NCBI RefSeq assembly: GCF_006345805.1
Contig: NC_043001.1
Span: forward strand, 128,278,001 to 128,342,000
DNA from: Octopus sinensis
Lineage: Eukaryota
Length of the DNA: 64,000 nt
Direction of reading: 5' to 3'
Shown here: positions 1 through 11,525 of the stretch, piece by piece
Numbering within the stretch: position 1 is the stretch's first letter
Layout: each line of letters starts with the position of its first letter
Position numbers and translations under genes: made by a program
The notes under the pieces: model-generated
The model's input: only the letters and a program-made list of their open reading frames with translations
Told to the model about the DNA's origin: nothing
Database searches by the model: none

Positions 1-922
1 CTTAGCTCTTCATGATTATCACTTAAACATATACTAATATAGCTAAGTATTATAGTATTTGATAGTATAACTGTGAATTTATATCAATAGTTATTGACTT
101 CTGTACATGACGGTATAGTGTCCTGGTGATGGGGGAAAGAAAAAGAGTAAGATGAAGAGAAAATAGCATATGTTAAAAAAAGACATATCAGGAGAGAAAT
201 GGGAAGAGAAAGAGAAAAAGAGAGAAAGAGAGAAGGAGAAGAGGAGAGAGAAATGTTTGTTTGTGTATGTGTGTGTGTGTATGCATGCGTGTGTGTGTAT
301 GTGTGTGTGCGTGTGTGTGTTTGTGTGTGTGCATGTGTGTGTGTTTGTGTGTGTGCGTGTGTGTGTGTGCGTGCGTGCGTGCTTGTGTGTGCATGTTTAA
401 GTGGATATTAGTGAACATGTATGCAGGAAGGACTGAGAAGGAAGAAAAAGAAGAGAACAAATAGAGATAAGTAGAAAGACAAAAGGGAAAAAGTGAAAGT
501 AAAATATTGTTTAAATTATTAGCAGTTTGCTTTCACTTTATTTGTGTCACTAATGCCATCAAGAAAGGGCATGATTGTTATATCATCAATATTATATTCT
601 CCTCTCAACCATAAGACTCAAAGCAGGGCCTTGCATCCATGTGAAAAATCAATACCAGTAGATTTGAAATCAAACAAGCATTAGATCATTTCCAGTTTAG
701 CAAAGCCGAGAGAATTATAGATCTATTGATAAAATTCACATTTGTTGTTTCAAGGAATTGACATTCTCAGTAATTGTGCTGGGTCTATATAATTTAGCTT
801 TTGTATTAATTATCAGTTCAATAGACAGTAGGTTAAGCTGTGCTATAAAGATATGGAGCAGAGGCAAGTATATACATGTGTGGTCAAGTATATATATGTG
901 TGGCAAGTATATATATGTGTGA

Positions 923-967
<45 letters not shown>

Positions 968-1089
968 GTCAGTGTACAAGAGACCTGATGGTGGGGAAAC
1001 CACAGATGGATTCCTTACAGACAAGGAGCAAGGGCTTTAAATATTCAATGAGTTAGTGGAATAAGTGTATTGTTAGCAGACAAATGTAT

Positions 1090-2037
1090 GTTATTTAGAG
1101 TGTGTGGTAGAATAATTAAGGCATTTAGAGTATGTGGTAGAATAATTAAGGTATTTAGAGTGTGTGGTAGAACAATTAAAGTATTTAGAGTGTGTGGTAG
1201 AATAATTAAGGTATTTAGCATGTGTGGTAGAATAATTAAGGTATTTAGAGTGTGTGGTAGAATAATTAAGGTATTTAACGTGTGTGGTAGAAGAGTGTGT
1301 AGTAGAATAATTAAGGTATTTAGCATGTGTGGTAGAATAATTAAGGTATTTAGAGTGTGTGGTAGAATAATTAAGATATTTAACATGTGTGGTAGAAGAG
1401 TGTGTGGTAGAATAATTAAGGTATTTAGAGTGTGTGGTAGAATAATTAAGGTATTTAACGTGTGTGGTAGAATAATTAAGGTATTTAACGTGTGTGGTAG
1501 AAGAGTGTGTAGTAGAATAATTAAGGTATTTAGAGTGTGTGGTAGAATAATTAAGGCATTTAGAGAGTGTGGTAGAATAATTAAGGTATTTAGAGTATGT
1601 GGTAGAATAATTAAGGCATTTAGAGAGTGTGGTAGAATAATTAAGGTATTTAGAGTGTGTGGTAGAATAATTAAGGTACTTAGAGTGTGTGGTAGAATAA
1701 TTAAGGCATTTAGAGAGTGTGGTAGAATAATTAAGGTATTTAGAGTGTGTGGTAGAATAATTAAGGTATTTAGAGTATGTGGTAGAATAATTAAGGTATT
1801 TAGAGTATGTGGTAGAATAATTAAGGTATTTAGAGTATGTGGTAGAATAATTAAAGTATTTAGCATGTGTGGTAGAATAATTAAGGTATTTAGAGTATGT
1901 GGTAGAATAATTAAGGTATTTAGCATGTGTGGTAGAATGATTAAGGTATTTAGCATGTGTGGTAGAATAATTAAGGTATTTAGAGTATGTGGTAGAATAA
2001 TTAAGGTATTTAGCATGTGTGGTAGAATAATTAAGGT
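1090..2037 (+). repeat. 30-bp minisatellite, about 31 units (consensus GTATTTAGAGTGTGTGGTAGAATAATTAAG), with a few half units
   Basis: Direct tandem repetition visible; explains the 334/339-aa repetitive ORFs on both strands. Confidence 0.97.
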
Positions 2038-3098
2038 TAAACTAGCCATTGACAGTGCAGCAGTGACATTTATCAGAGCTGGTAGGTGAGCAGAAGGACC
2101 ACTGCCACGAAGCTTTCCTGTAGACTACCTTGATAATGAGTCTGATAACTACAGCTAGCTTTTTTTGTGGACATGTATGTGCCAGTGCCATGTAAAAAGC
2201 ACTCATGCCAGTGTCCCTTAAGAGCACTCACACAGTGTTACATTAAAAGAATTTAGCACAGAGTGTAAAGTGGCTGGCATTAGGAAGGGCATCCAGCTGT
2301 AGAAACCAAATGAGACTAGAACTTAGCACAACTCTCCAGCTTGCCAGTTGTGGTTAAACTGTCCAACCCATGCCAGCATGGAAAATGGATGTTAAAGGAA
2401 GATGATGAGGAGGATGATGAGAATGATGTTGGCCAACATTGTAATGGCTTCTTTCACAAACATGTTGGCTATAATTATCATATAAGAAGTGAGGATGAAT
2501 TTCTGACTCATGGGGCTTTACTATGCAAATAACTAAACTACTTGTAACACTTGCAGAATGCAACCAGTTACTTGATCAGCTACTACTCTGCTAAGCACAC
2601 CACCAGATAGACTTCCTACTCATCAGAAAAATAGGATGAACAGATGGTCATGAATACTAAGTCTTTCTCTGCGGAAGAACGTATCACTTGACATAGACTA
2701 GTGATCAGAGACATTAGAGTAAAGGCTGAGCGAACCCAGAAGTATGAGACAATTTGAAGAAGGAAGATGTAACAGCTGAAAAAGCCTTTTGAGCAACTTT
2801 GCAGGTTCAAAAAAGTACAAGCTGATGCATATTATAAGAGGGAAGAGGAGATTGGAACTAATAACACAGAAGAGAACTGGGGGGTTCCTGTGCAGTAATC
2901 TGTTAAGAGCTACACACAAAATCTGTGGTGTTGGTGGTGGTGGTGGTGGTGGTGGTGAGGAAGCAAGATTCTAATCAGTCAGTATGTGACATGGTAGTGG
3001 AATATTATTATACATAGAGGAACAAAATTAAAGAACTAAGTCTGGAGAGACTGGAAGAGAGCAGCAGAGAACAACACGAAGTAGCTAGAAGAGAGGTT

Positions 3099-3553
3099 GG
3101 ATGCCGGCAGAAACGTTAGCACGCCGGGCGAAATGCTTAGCAGTATTTCGTCTGCTGTTACATTCTGAGTTCAAATTCCGCCGAGGTCGAATTTGCCTTT
3201 CATCCTTTCGACTTAATCCATTTGTCTGTCCTTGTTTGTCCCCTCTGTGTTTAGCCCCTTGTGGGTAGTAAAGAAATAGATATTTCGTCTGTCTTTACGT
3301 TCTGAGTTCAAATTCCGCCGAGGTCGACTTTGATTTTCATCTTTTCGACTTCATCCATTTGTCTGTCCTTGTTTGTCCCCTCTGTGTTTAGCCCCTTGTG
3401 GGTAGTAAAGAAATAGATATTTCGTCTGTCTTTACGTTCTGAGTTCAAATTCCGCCGAGGTCGACTTTGATTTTCATCTTTTCGACTTCATCCATTTGTC
3501 TGTCCTTGTTTGTCCCCTCTGTGTTTAGCCCCTTGTGGGTAGTAAAGAAATAG
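3099..3553 (+). mobile_element. tRNA-derived SINE family A with an internal 137-bp unit in three tandem copies
   Basis: Family A head GGCAGAAACGTTAGCACGCCGGGCGAAATGC; TATTTCG recurs at 3144, 3281 and 3418; family tail GTGGGTAGTAAAGAAATA. Confidence 0.9.
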
Positions 3554-4025
3554 GTATAGTTAGCAAGGGAAGAAACAGAAACTCAAAGTAAGAGGTTTTC
3601 CCATATTTCTGATTTGAGAGTCAGAGGCTTGAAGAGTTCCAGATCGTAAGGCAGTGATTTGTCATTTGCAGAAATGTGTATGGAATAATAGCAGTCCACT
3701 TGTTATTGCTCTCATCAGCAAGAGAGATACAGAAGTTCTATTGTGAAAAGCTGTTGAATAAAAATAATACATGAGGGGAAGAGGGATAGCCTACTCCAAG
3801 TTGACCAGTTGTCAATCATCTGTTCAAAAATGCAATTAAAGTTATGAAAGCAGGGAAAGCAACATCAGGAATAGTTGCCAAGATGCTTAAAATATTATGT
3901 CACATAATAAATCATGTGTTAGTCATCTACATCAATGAATTAGAGATTACAAGAAAGTCATAGCCAATAACTGACATATCAATATTACAATCAAGTGTTA
4001 CCAGAGAAAAGAAGATACTCTAGAG

Positions 4026-4368
4026 CACTGTTTCTTAATCTTTTTGCCCTTGCATAACCCTTAAAATAAATTACATGTCTCAAGGAATCCCTACATAAAA
4101 AAAATTACATAACATATCTTTCTCAAATTTTTTTCATCGTAGTTCATATGGTAAATATCATATATATATATATAATTATATGACAGAGATAAAGAATATG
4201 CACACCACCCATTTTGGTGTAACCCTAATCCCTAAATGAAACCCTAAATCCTAACCCTAACCCTAAACCTTAACCCTAACCCTAACCCTAAACACTAGTT
4301 GTGCATATTCTTTACCTTTGCCAATTATATTCATATATATATATAATATATATATATATATAATATAT

Positions 4369-4428
<60 letters not shown>

Positions 4429-4563
4429 TGCATGTATATGTATATATATATTTAATTATATATCATGAAATTAGCATTAGCTTATCTCACTCTTTCTCAC
4501 GGAACCCTTAGGAACCTTTTGCGGTACCCTAGGATTCCAGGAAACCCCAGTTGAGAAATGCTG
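4026..4563. mobile_element. Non-autonomous hAT (Charlie-like) MITE
   Basis: Identical 8-bp TSD CTCTAGAG at 4018-4025 and 4564-4571; degenerate TIRs CACTGTTTTCTTAATC / GTTGAGAAATGCTG. Confidence 0.8.
4173..4330. mobile_element. Small inverted-repeat element with internal (CCCTAA)n-like tract, nested in (TA)n inside the hAT MITE
   Basis: About 30-bp imperfect inverted arms (..ATAAAGAATATGCACA / TGTGCATATTCTTTAC..) around CCCTAA-like repeats at 4222-4292. Confidence 0.55.
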
Positions 4564-5249
4564 CTCTAGAGAAAGACAGTTACAAATTGATGGACCATGT
4601 TATGAAAGTTACTGAAAGGATTAAAGTAAAACTAAAGTAAAAGAAGAATTAGCCTAAACAAGATGCAGTTCAGGTTTATGTCTGACTGATGTACCGTTGA
4701 TGCCTTCTTAGTAAGTTAGCTACAAGGAAAAAAATTGGCTGAGAATAAGCCTCACTTCAGTTAACCTGGAGAAATAAACTTCTTAACCACATAGCCATGC
4801 CTATTAGAAAGACATTGTGTAATACATAATACTTAAAAAACAGTGTAGAAGTGTGGTGTTTGTAGCAGTGAGTTCAGAAAACTTATTCCTATCAGTAGCA
4901 ACATTGATAAATATAAAATGCAGATGCCAACTTCCTGACTTACAGCATTTTTGCTTCACTGGATCAGGGTATAATGAATTCAACTCAGTACAGCAGGGAA
5001 TGCAGTGGAACAGGAAGAGATTTCAATCAAAACCATAAATATAGTTAATCATTTAATCTTTCCTTTACATGCTGTGAAAGGCTTGCATTATTTTCTAAAG
5101 TGTCTTAACAAGATCAATCAGTTACACTAATCTCTTTTATCACATTAAGCAAAATATTTAAATAAATAAAAAATAAACACACATAAAAACAGCAATAACA
5201 ATAACAACAACAAATAAACAAACAAACAGCCTGAAATACAGCAAAAATA

Positions 5250-6990
5250 CCAAAATGATGATTTGACAAATCATTTTTTTCCCCTATAATATGTGAATTT
5301 GTATCCATGTGTGGATGTAGCTTGCTATGACACTCTCATAATGTCTAAAAGATGCCATGATGGATGGATTTCTGTTTTCATCTCTTTTTTCAGTGACACA
5401 TAAAGCTATCTAATCATTCAAGAAATTTATAACTTTCACAGAATTTCATTTTAGCTCTTTTGATATGGACAATTGTTTTATGTTTTTATACCTTAAAACA
5501 ACTGGCCAAGTGGCAAATGATACTGCAAATGCATTGTGGGATATTGTCTTGTTGAGAACTTTACAGCCATATTTTTCTTGGTATGGTGCAACATTCTCGT
5601 TCATGGCATCTTTGTATGACATATTTTCATCAATGTTTAGAAATTTGCAGCATTCTTTGTGTGGAACAGGTGAGACAGAGAAGCCGTTGATGTGCAAATT
5701 CCAGGTTTGGGAGATTAATTTTCCACATTCAAATACAAACTCTCCTTCTGGCCAAATTCCATTTCATGTACCAGCTGAAAAATGTTGTTATTAATTCCAG
5801 CTATTTTTTGGCACTGTAACCATTTTTAGCATAGATCTTTAGGTCATTCACATCTGCAGACACCAGTATAAAGCCATTGGATTTTTGTGGAAGAAACGAC
5901 AATAGATTTAATGGTAAAATAGACAGAAATACAAAAAGACTATATCTTTGGGATATTCCCTTTGAAATATTTATAACATTGGAGATGTTAATTCTCCTCT
6001 TAGTTGTGAATGTGTGTTTTGTGGCCAGGTCTTTGTGAGCCTCTCAATAGCAGCTACTCAAAAGCAATACTTTTGCCATGTATAGAAACTTAAGCAACCA
6101 TGCGTGGGGAATAGAGTTGAATGTTTTTCTATAATCAAGTCATACATACTGTCACAAAGTTTCTGCAGTGTTTTTTTTTTTTTTTTTACTTTGGACAGCA
6201 CAGCTTTGTTTATCAAAGTTGTTTGGCACATCCTCAAACTCCTTTTTTTTTCCACCTGCCTGCTCGTCAGTCACTGTATTATTGAACTTACTACAGCCCT
6301 GCACGAATTGATTTAGACAGCTTGTATAAAGCTTGTACACAATGCTTAGACATGCAATATAGTTTTTTGCCAACTCAATGGTTTCCTTCATGGCAACCAG
6401 ATTCATCCTGCTACAACAAGCCAATTTAGTATATCAGTCTGGCTGTCCATAGTTCTTTACAATACACATATTCTTTTATTTCTTTACTACCCACAAGGGG
6501 CTAAACATAGAGGAGACAAACAAGGACAGACAAAGGGATTAAGTCGATTACATCAACCCCAGTGCGAAACTGGTACTTTATTTATCGACCCTGAAAGGAT
6601 GAAAGGCAAAGTCGACCTCGGTGGAATTTGAACTCAGAACATAACGACAGACGAAATATCGCTAAGCATTTCGCCCAGCGTGCTAACGTTTCTGCCAGCT
6701 CGCCGCCCTAATTAGGCTTTCTGTTGATGGTCAACCTCTTGTACCAGTAACCAACTATTAGGTCTCTTCCAGCTGCCTTTCCATTACCTAGTTTGAGTAC
6801 AGCTATGGTAAAAGTTTCAGGGTTGATTGCATATGTTTTACAGTCGATGTTGGTACAATATTTTTTAGCTATGAAGTATTCTGGTGGAAATCTCTCTTTA
6901 CATTCCAAACCTTAGATTGCAATGATTCAAAATCTTCTTGAGAAGAAATTTTTTTTTAATGATAAGGTTTTTCTGCCTTATCTTCCTGTT
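5250..6990 (-). mobile_element. Degenerate RLE-type (Dong/R4-like) LINE RT region, interrupted by SINE A at 6477-6708
   Basis: Minus-strand peptides GNGKAAGRDLIVGYWYK, AKNYIACLSIVYKLYTSCLNQF, EQAGGKK, LINKAV, LDYRKTFNSIPHAW, NDLKIYA match RT motifs. Confidence 0.75.
6477..6708 (-). mobile_element. SINE family A, full length
   Basis: Reverse complement of the family A consensus from GGCGGCGAGCTGGCAGAAACG to GGGTAGTAAAGAAATA. Confidence 0.92.
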
Positions 6991-7000
6991 GGAAGCAAAC

Positions 7001-7426
7001 GGATCTTTTCAGTTTGAACAGCAGTTTTTAACATAATTTCTAGGTAACTAAAAAATTTTAAACTTCGTATAATGGTAGGTGTTTATAAAACATCTTTTTC
7101 TCTTAGCTTTATTGAGAAAATTCTATAGTTTGTAAGATATTTTTTTTTTCTTCAATTTCTGCAATTTCAACCAATCACTGACGTCTACTGAGGTAAAAAA
7201 ACATTCTGTGCTGTATGAATATGTCCATCGTTTAAGAAACAGATTGGGTTTATTTACATTTGTGAAGAAAATAAGATGCCCTTCCCACCACCCCTAACCC
7301 TAACCCTAGCTAACCCTAACCCTAAAACAGATTGAAATGCAATAGATTGATACTAGGGTCATAATTATGAGTGACAATTTCATATGACACAGCTAGAAAA
7401 AACTGCCATTCAAACCAAAAAGATCC
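7001..7426. mobile_element. MITE with about 29-bp TIRs and 8-bp TSD (possibly Merlin-like); contains a (CCCTAA)n tract
   Basis: TSD AAGCAAAC at 6993-7000 and 7427-7434; TIRs GGATCTTTTCAGTTTGAACAGCAGTTTTT / AAAAACTGCCATTCAAACCAAAAAGATCC. Superfamily inferred only from GG termini and TSD length. Confidence 0.8.
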
Positions 7427-7654
7427 AAGCAAACTTCTGATTTATACTAGTTCACTCAGATATTTTTCTACAATAACAAAGTTTTTCACTCAGTATCTTG
7501 AGTTTGTACTTTAAAGAATTAAGATATCCTTTATTTGGTAAAAAAACAAAACAAAAGAAAAAGACAAAAACCCACAAGTAACAGTTAGTGACAGGAAGGA
7601 CATCTTGCTGTAAAACAATACCTCAGTAATATCTAATCTATACAAGTGTAGAGA

Positions 7655-8165
7655 GGAGGTGCAATAGCCCAGTAGTTAGGGCAGCAGACTCGTGGTCGTA
7701 GGATCACGGCTTCGATTCCCAGACCGGGCATTGTGAGTGTTTATTGAGCTAAAACACCTAAAGCTTCATGAGATTCCAGCAGGGGGTGGTGGTGAACCCT
7801 TCTGTACTCTTTCACCACAACTTTCTCTCACTCTTTCTTCCTGTTTCTGTTGTACCTGTATTTCAAAGAGCCAGCCTTGTCACACTCTCTGTCACACTGA
7901 ATCTCCCCGAGAACTACATTAATGGTACACGTGTCTGTGGAGTACTCAGCCACTTGCACGTTAATAAATGAGCTGCGACGTCACTGGTGCCAAGCTGTAT
8001 CGGCCTTTGCCTTTCCCTTGAATAACATCGGTGGCGTGGAGAGGGGAGGCTGGTATGCATGGGTGACTGCTGGTCTTCCATAAACAATCTTGCCCTGACT
8101 TGTGCCTCAGAGGGTAACTTTCTAGGTGCAATCCCATGACCCTTCATGACCGAAGGGAGTCACAA
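7655..8165 (+). mobile_element. tRNA-derived SINE family C (OR-type-like), long-tail variant
   Basis: tRNA-like head GGAGGTGCAATAGCCCAGTAGTTAGGGCAGCAGACTCG with A/B-box-like motifs; about 290 bp shared with the 21181-21569 copy, then a different 3' tail. Confidence 0.85.
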
Positions 8166-8740
8166 CAACAAGTGTTGAAAAACAGATGTAAAATGAGTAA
8201 ACAAACTGTTTAATGCTATAGAAACTCAAGTTAAGTGCTAGGTAGATTTTCTAACTTTGATATACATAAAGTGATATCTTTCTTATGATCTTTTAACACA
8301 TGTAGGTTTCCATAGCAATGACTATTATACAACTTCATCTTTGCTTCTCCATCAGTGACCAATATTTTCATTGTTATTGTCATAGTGGGATTATTATTGG
8401 AGTTAGCCATAAATTTGGCATTCATCATAAGTTTATATATATATATATATATAATTTCAACAATTGAGGGTAAAATTAATTAATTATTAATCAATTTCAC
8501 CAAGTATTCAGTATGCAAAGGGACCATTTAAGGCGAATTCAAATTATTACATTATATAAAAGGGCTTAGTAAAATAAATTACTTTGCCGCATACTGAACT
8601 CATTAGAAATAGTAGCTAAAAAAACTTTTTTAAAACTATTTCTAATACTTAAAGAAAACCTCTCTCATATAGTGTTTGCTCAATTCAACTCACGAAAGTA
8701 TGGGGGTAAAGACATTAAAAAATCAAATGCAAAGGTTATT

Positions 8741-8792
8741 TGAGAACGTACGTTTCAAGATTAGTCAACTCGACATTTCTATCATCAGCTCA
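8741..8792 (-). ncRNA. Minimal type I hammerhead ribozyme motif
   Basis: Sense: TGAG-CTGATGA-TAGA..TCTT-GAAA-CGTACG-TT-CTCA. Stem I TGAG:CTCA, canonical core, palindromic stem III AACGTACGTT, GUU site; stem II closed by U-U. Confidence 0.7.
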
Positions 8793-9539
8793 GAACTCCT
8801 TGGTTTGGATTTGAAAACACTGAAAGTGGGAGCATACCCTTTCGGCTTCTTATCGCTTCTGAAGATCTGCTCGAAACTAACAGTGCCAGCAAACTCAAAT
8901 ATGCAAGCGAAGAATTTCTGCTCTCCCCTTTCCACCAGCGTGGGTAAAATCAGTAAACACTATGCTTTTTCGGTAAAATCCGAGGCATTAAATAGAGAGA
9001 GATGAATTATAATTTCAACAATTGAGGGTAAAATTAATTAATTATTAATCAATTTCACCAAGTATTCAGTATGCAAAGGGACCATTTAAGGCGAATTCAA
9101 ATTATTACATTATATAAAAGGGCTTAGTAAAATAAATTACCTTGCCGCATACTGAACTCATTAGAAATAGTAGCTAAAAAAACTTTTTTAAAACTATTTC
9201 TAATACTTAAAGAAAACCTCTCTCATATAGTGTTTGCTCAATTCAACTCACGAAAGTATGGGGGTAAAGACATTAAAAAATCAAATGCAAAGGTTATTTG
9301 AGAACGTACGTTTCAAGATTAGTCAACTCGACATTTCTATTTAATGCCTCGGATTTTACCGAAAAAGCATAGTGTTTACTGATTTTAACCCACGCTGGTG
9401 GAAAGGGAGAGCAGAAATTCTTCGCTTGCATATTTGAGTTTGCTGGCACTGTTAGTTTCGAGCAGATCTTCAGAAGCGATAAGAAGCCGAAAGGGTATGC
9501 TCCCACTTTCAGTGTTTTCAAATCCAAACCAAGGAGTTC

Positions 9540-9591
9540 TGAGCTGATGATAGAAATGTCGAGTTGACTAATCTTGAAACGTACGTTCTCA
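9540..9591 (+). ncRNA. Minimal type I hammerhead ribozyme motif (inverted copy)
   Basis: Identical to the 8741-8792 motif, on the + strand; core CTGATGA at 9544-9550, GAAA at 9576-9579. Confidence 0.7.
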
Positions 9592-9772
9592 AATAACCTT
9601 TGCATTTGATTTTTTAATGTCTTTACCCCCATACTTTCGTGAGTTGAATTGAGCAAACACTATATGAGAGAGGTTTTCTTTAAGTATTAGAAATAGTTTT
9701 AAAAAAGTTTTTTAGCTACTATTTCTAATGAGTTCAGTATGCGGCAAAGTAATTTATTTTACTAAGCCCTTT

Positions 9773-9845
<73 letters not shown>

Positions 9846-9857
9846 TATATATATATA

Positions 9858-10250
9858 TGGCTGTGTAGCTTGTTTACCAACCACATGGTTCCGGGTTCAG
9901 TCCCACTGCGTGGCAGCTTGGGCAAGTGTCTTCTACTATAGCCTCGGGCCAACCAAAGCCTTGTGAGTGGATTTGGTAGACGGAAACTGAAAGAAGCCTG
10001 TCGTATATATGTATATATATATATATGTATGTGTGTGCGTTTGTGTGTCTGTGTTTGTCCCCCTAACATCGCTTGACAACCGATGCTGGTGTGTTTACGT
10101 CTCTGTCACTTAGCGGTTCAGCAAAAGAGACCGATAGAATAAGTACTGAGCTTACAAAGAATAAGTTCCAGGGTCGATTTGCTCGACTAAAGGCGGTGCT
10201 CCAGCATGGCCGCAGTCAAATGACTGAAACAAGTAAAAGAGTAAAAGAGA
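9858..10250 (+). mobile_element. tRNA-derived SINE family B (bipartite, internal (TA)/(TG) tract)
   Basis: GGTTCCGGGTTCAGTCCCACTGCG head, GCCTTGTGAGTGGATTTGGTAGACGGAAACTG body, CAAGTAAAAGAGTAAAAGAG tail. Confidence 0.92.
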
Positions 10251-10759
10251 ATATATATATATATATATATATAAAATCAGTAACAGCATCATCACCATCA
10301 TTTAATGTCCACCTTCCATACTGGCATGGGTTGGATGGTTCGACAAGAGCTGACCAGGCAGAAGACTGCAGCGGGCTTCAGTGTCTGTTTTTATGGCTGG
10401 GTACCTCTCCTGATACCAACCATCCCGTAGAGTATACTGAGTGCATTTTACATGACACCAGCATGGGCAAGATGTATGTGTGCATGTGTGTGTATGTGTA
10501 TGTATGTATGCATGCATGTATGTATGTATGTTTGTATGTATTTGACTAAACCCTTCTGGGCGGTACCCCAGCATGACAACAGTCCAATGACTGAAAAAAG
10601 TAAAAGATAAAAGATAAGATACCGTATATCAATCCTTTTTCAGGTCCATCAGAGGATCAGAATTTAATACATGGTAACAACATTTTAAAGTGTCCCCTTT
10701 GGCAATGTCATAGTGGCAGAAATGACTAAATCTACTAGACTATATATATAGTTTTGTCC

Positions 10760-11010
10760 TGCCATGGCTTAGTGGTTAGGGTGTCAGCATCATGATCGTA
10801 AGATTATGGTTTCAATTCCTGAACTGGGTGTTGCATTGTGTTCTTGAGCAAAACACTTCATTTCACGTTGCTCCAGTCCACTCAGCTGGCAAAAATGAGT
10901 AACGCTGCGATGGACTGGCATCCCGTTCAGCTGGGGAACACATACGCCATTGAAACCAGGAAGCCAGGCCCATGAGCCTGGCTAGGCTTTAAAAGGGAGC
11001 ATTTATTTTA
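10760..11010 (+). mobile_element. Older tRNA-derived SINE with CORE/V-like central domain
   Basis: GCCATGGCTTAGTGGTTAGGG A-box, GGTTTCAATTCC B-box-like, GTTCTTGAGCAAAACACTT and CTGCGATGGACTGGCATCCCG motifs. Confidence 0.6.
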
Positions 11011-11492
11011 TTATATTCTGAGTTCAAATCTAGGGTTAATAAAATATGGACTATTCATGTATTTAGGGTCAACTAATTTTTTCAGTAAATTTGAAAATTT
11101 CTACCAATGTAAAAAAATTAATGTTGCAGTATTCCATCTGTTCACAGAAGGAAATTATATGTCATTATATAAACTTTTTGATTTTTTCTTTTCATTCTTT
11201 AAGAAGGTAGAGTACCTTTTATTGGATAACATGTATGTATATGATACATATATAATACAAAACTACATCCATCATCATCATAATCATCATCATCATCATA
11301 ATCATCATCATCATCATAATCATCATCATCATCATCACCACATCACCAGTTAATGTCTGCTTTTCATGCTAGCATGGGTTAGATGGTTTAACTGTAACTA
11401 ATAAGCCAGAAAACTGCACCGGGTTCCAGTCCAATTTGACATGGTTTCAATGGCTGGATGCCCTTTGTAATGCCAGCCATTTTACAGAGTGT

Positions 11493-11493
<1 letters not shown>

Positions 11494-11525
<32 letters not shown>

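Larger units (their letters stand above)
2425..4790 (+). mobile_element. Degenerate RTE-clade LINE (APE end, linker, start of RT), interrupted by a SINE and a hAT MITE
   Basis: Broken translations resemble RTE ORF2: HVGQH..GF, QIDFLLIRK, HRLVI, NAIKVMKAGKA, KLMDHVMKV.ERI, MQFRFM; many stops and frameshifts. Confidence 0.7.
8449..9780 (-). mobile_element. Non-coding hammerhead-bearing element: 558-bp monomer, 333-bp partial tandem copy and about 440-bp inverted copy, embedded in (TA)n
   Basis: AATTTCAAC recurs at 8453 and 9011 (period 558); 9341-9780 is the reverse complement of about 8551-8991; (TA)n on both flanks. Confidence 0.9.

Noticed and set aside
170-464. VCVC/HTHT/YIYI/MYVC-type ORFs throughout the window
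   Set aside because: Translations of dinucleotide and tetranucleotide microsatellites.
4222-4292. Telomere-like CCCTAA repeats as a true telomere or fusion site
   Set aside because: Short, degenerate and enclosed in TIR elements.
8866-8890. CTGAAGA..GAAAC string in the same monomer
   Set aside because: No stem II, G at the cleavage position, and no stem I pairing.
8676-9656. 109-aa and 120-aa ORFs (MLNSTHESMGVK...) in the 558-bp element
   Set aside because: They are antisense to the ribozyme strand, have no recognisable domain, and are duplicated only because of the inverted repeat.
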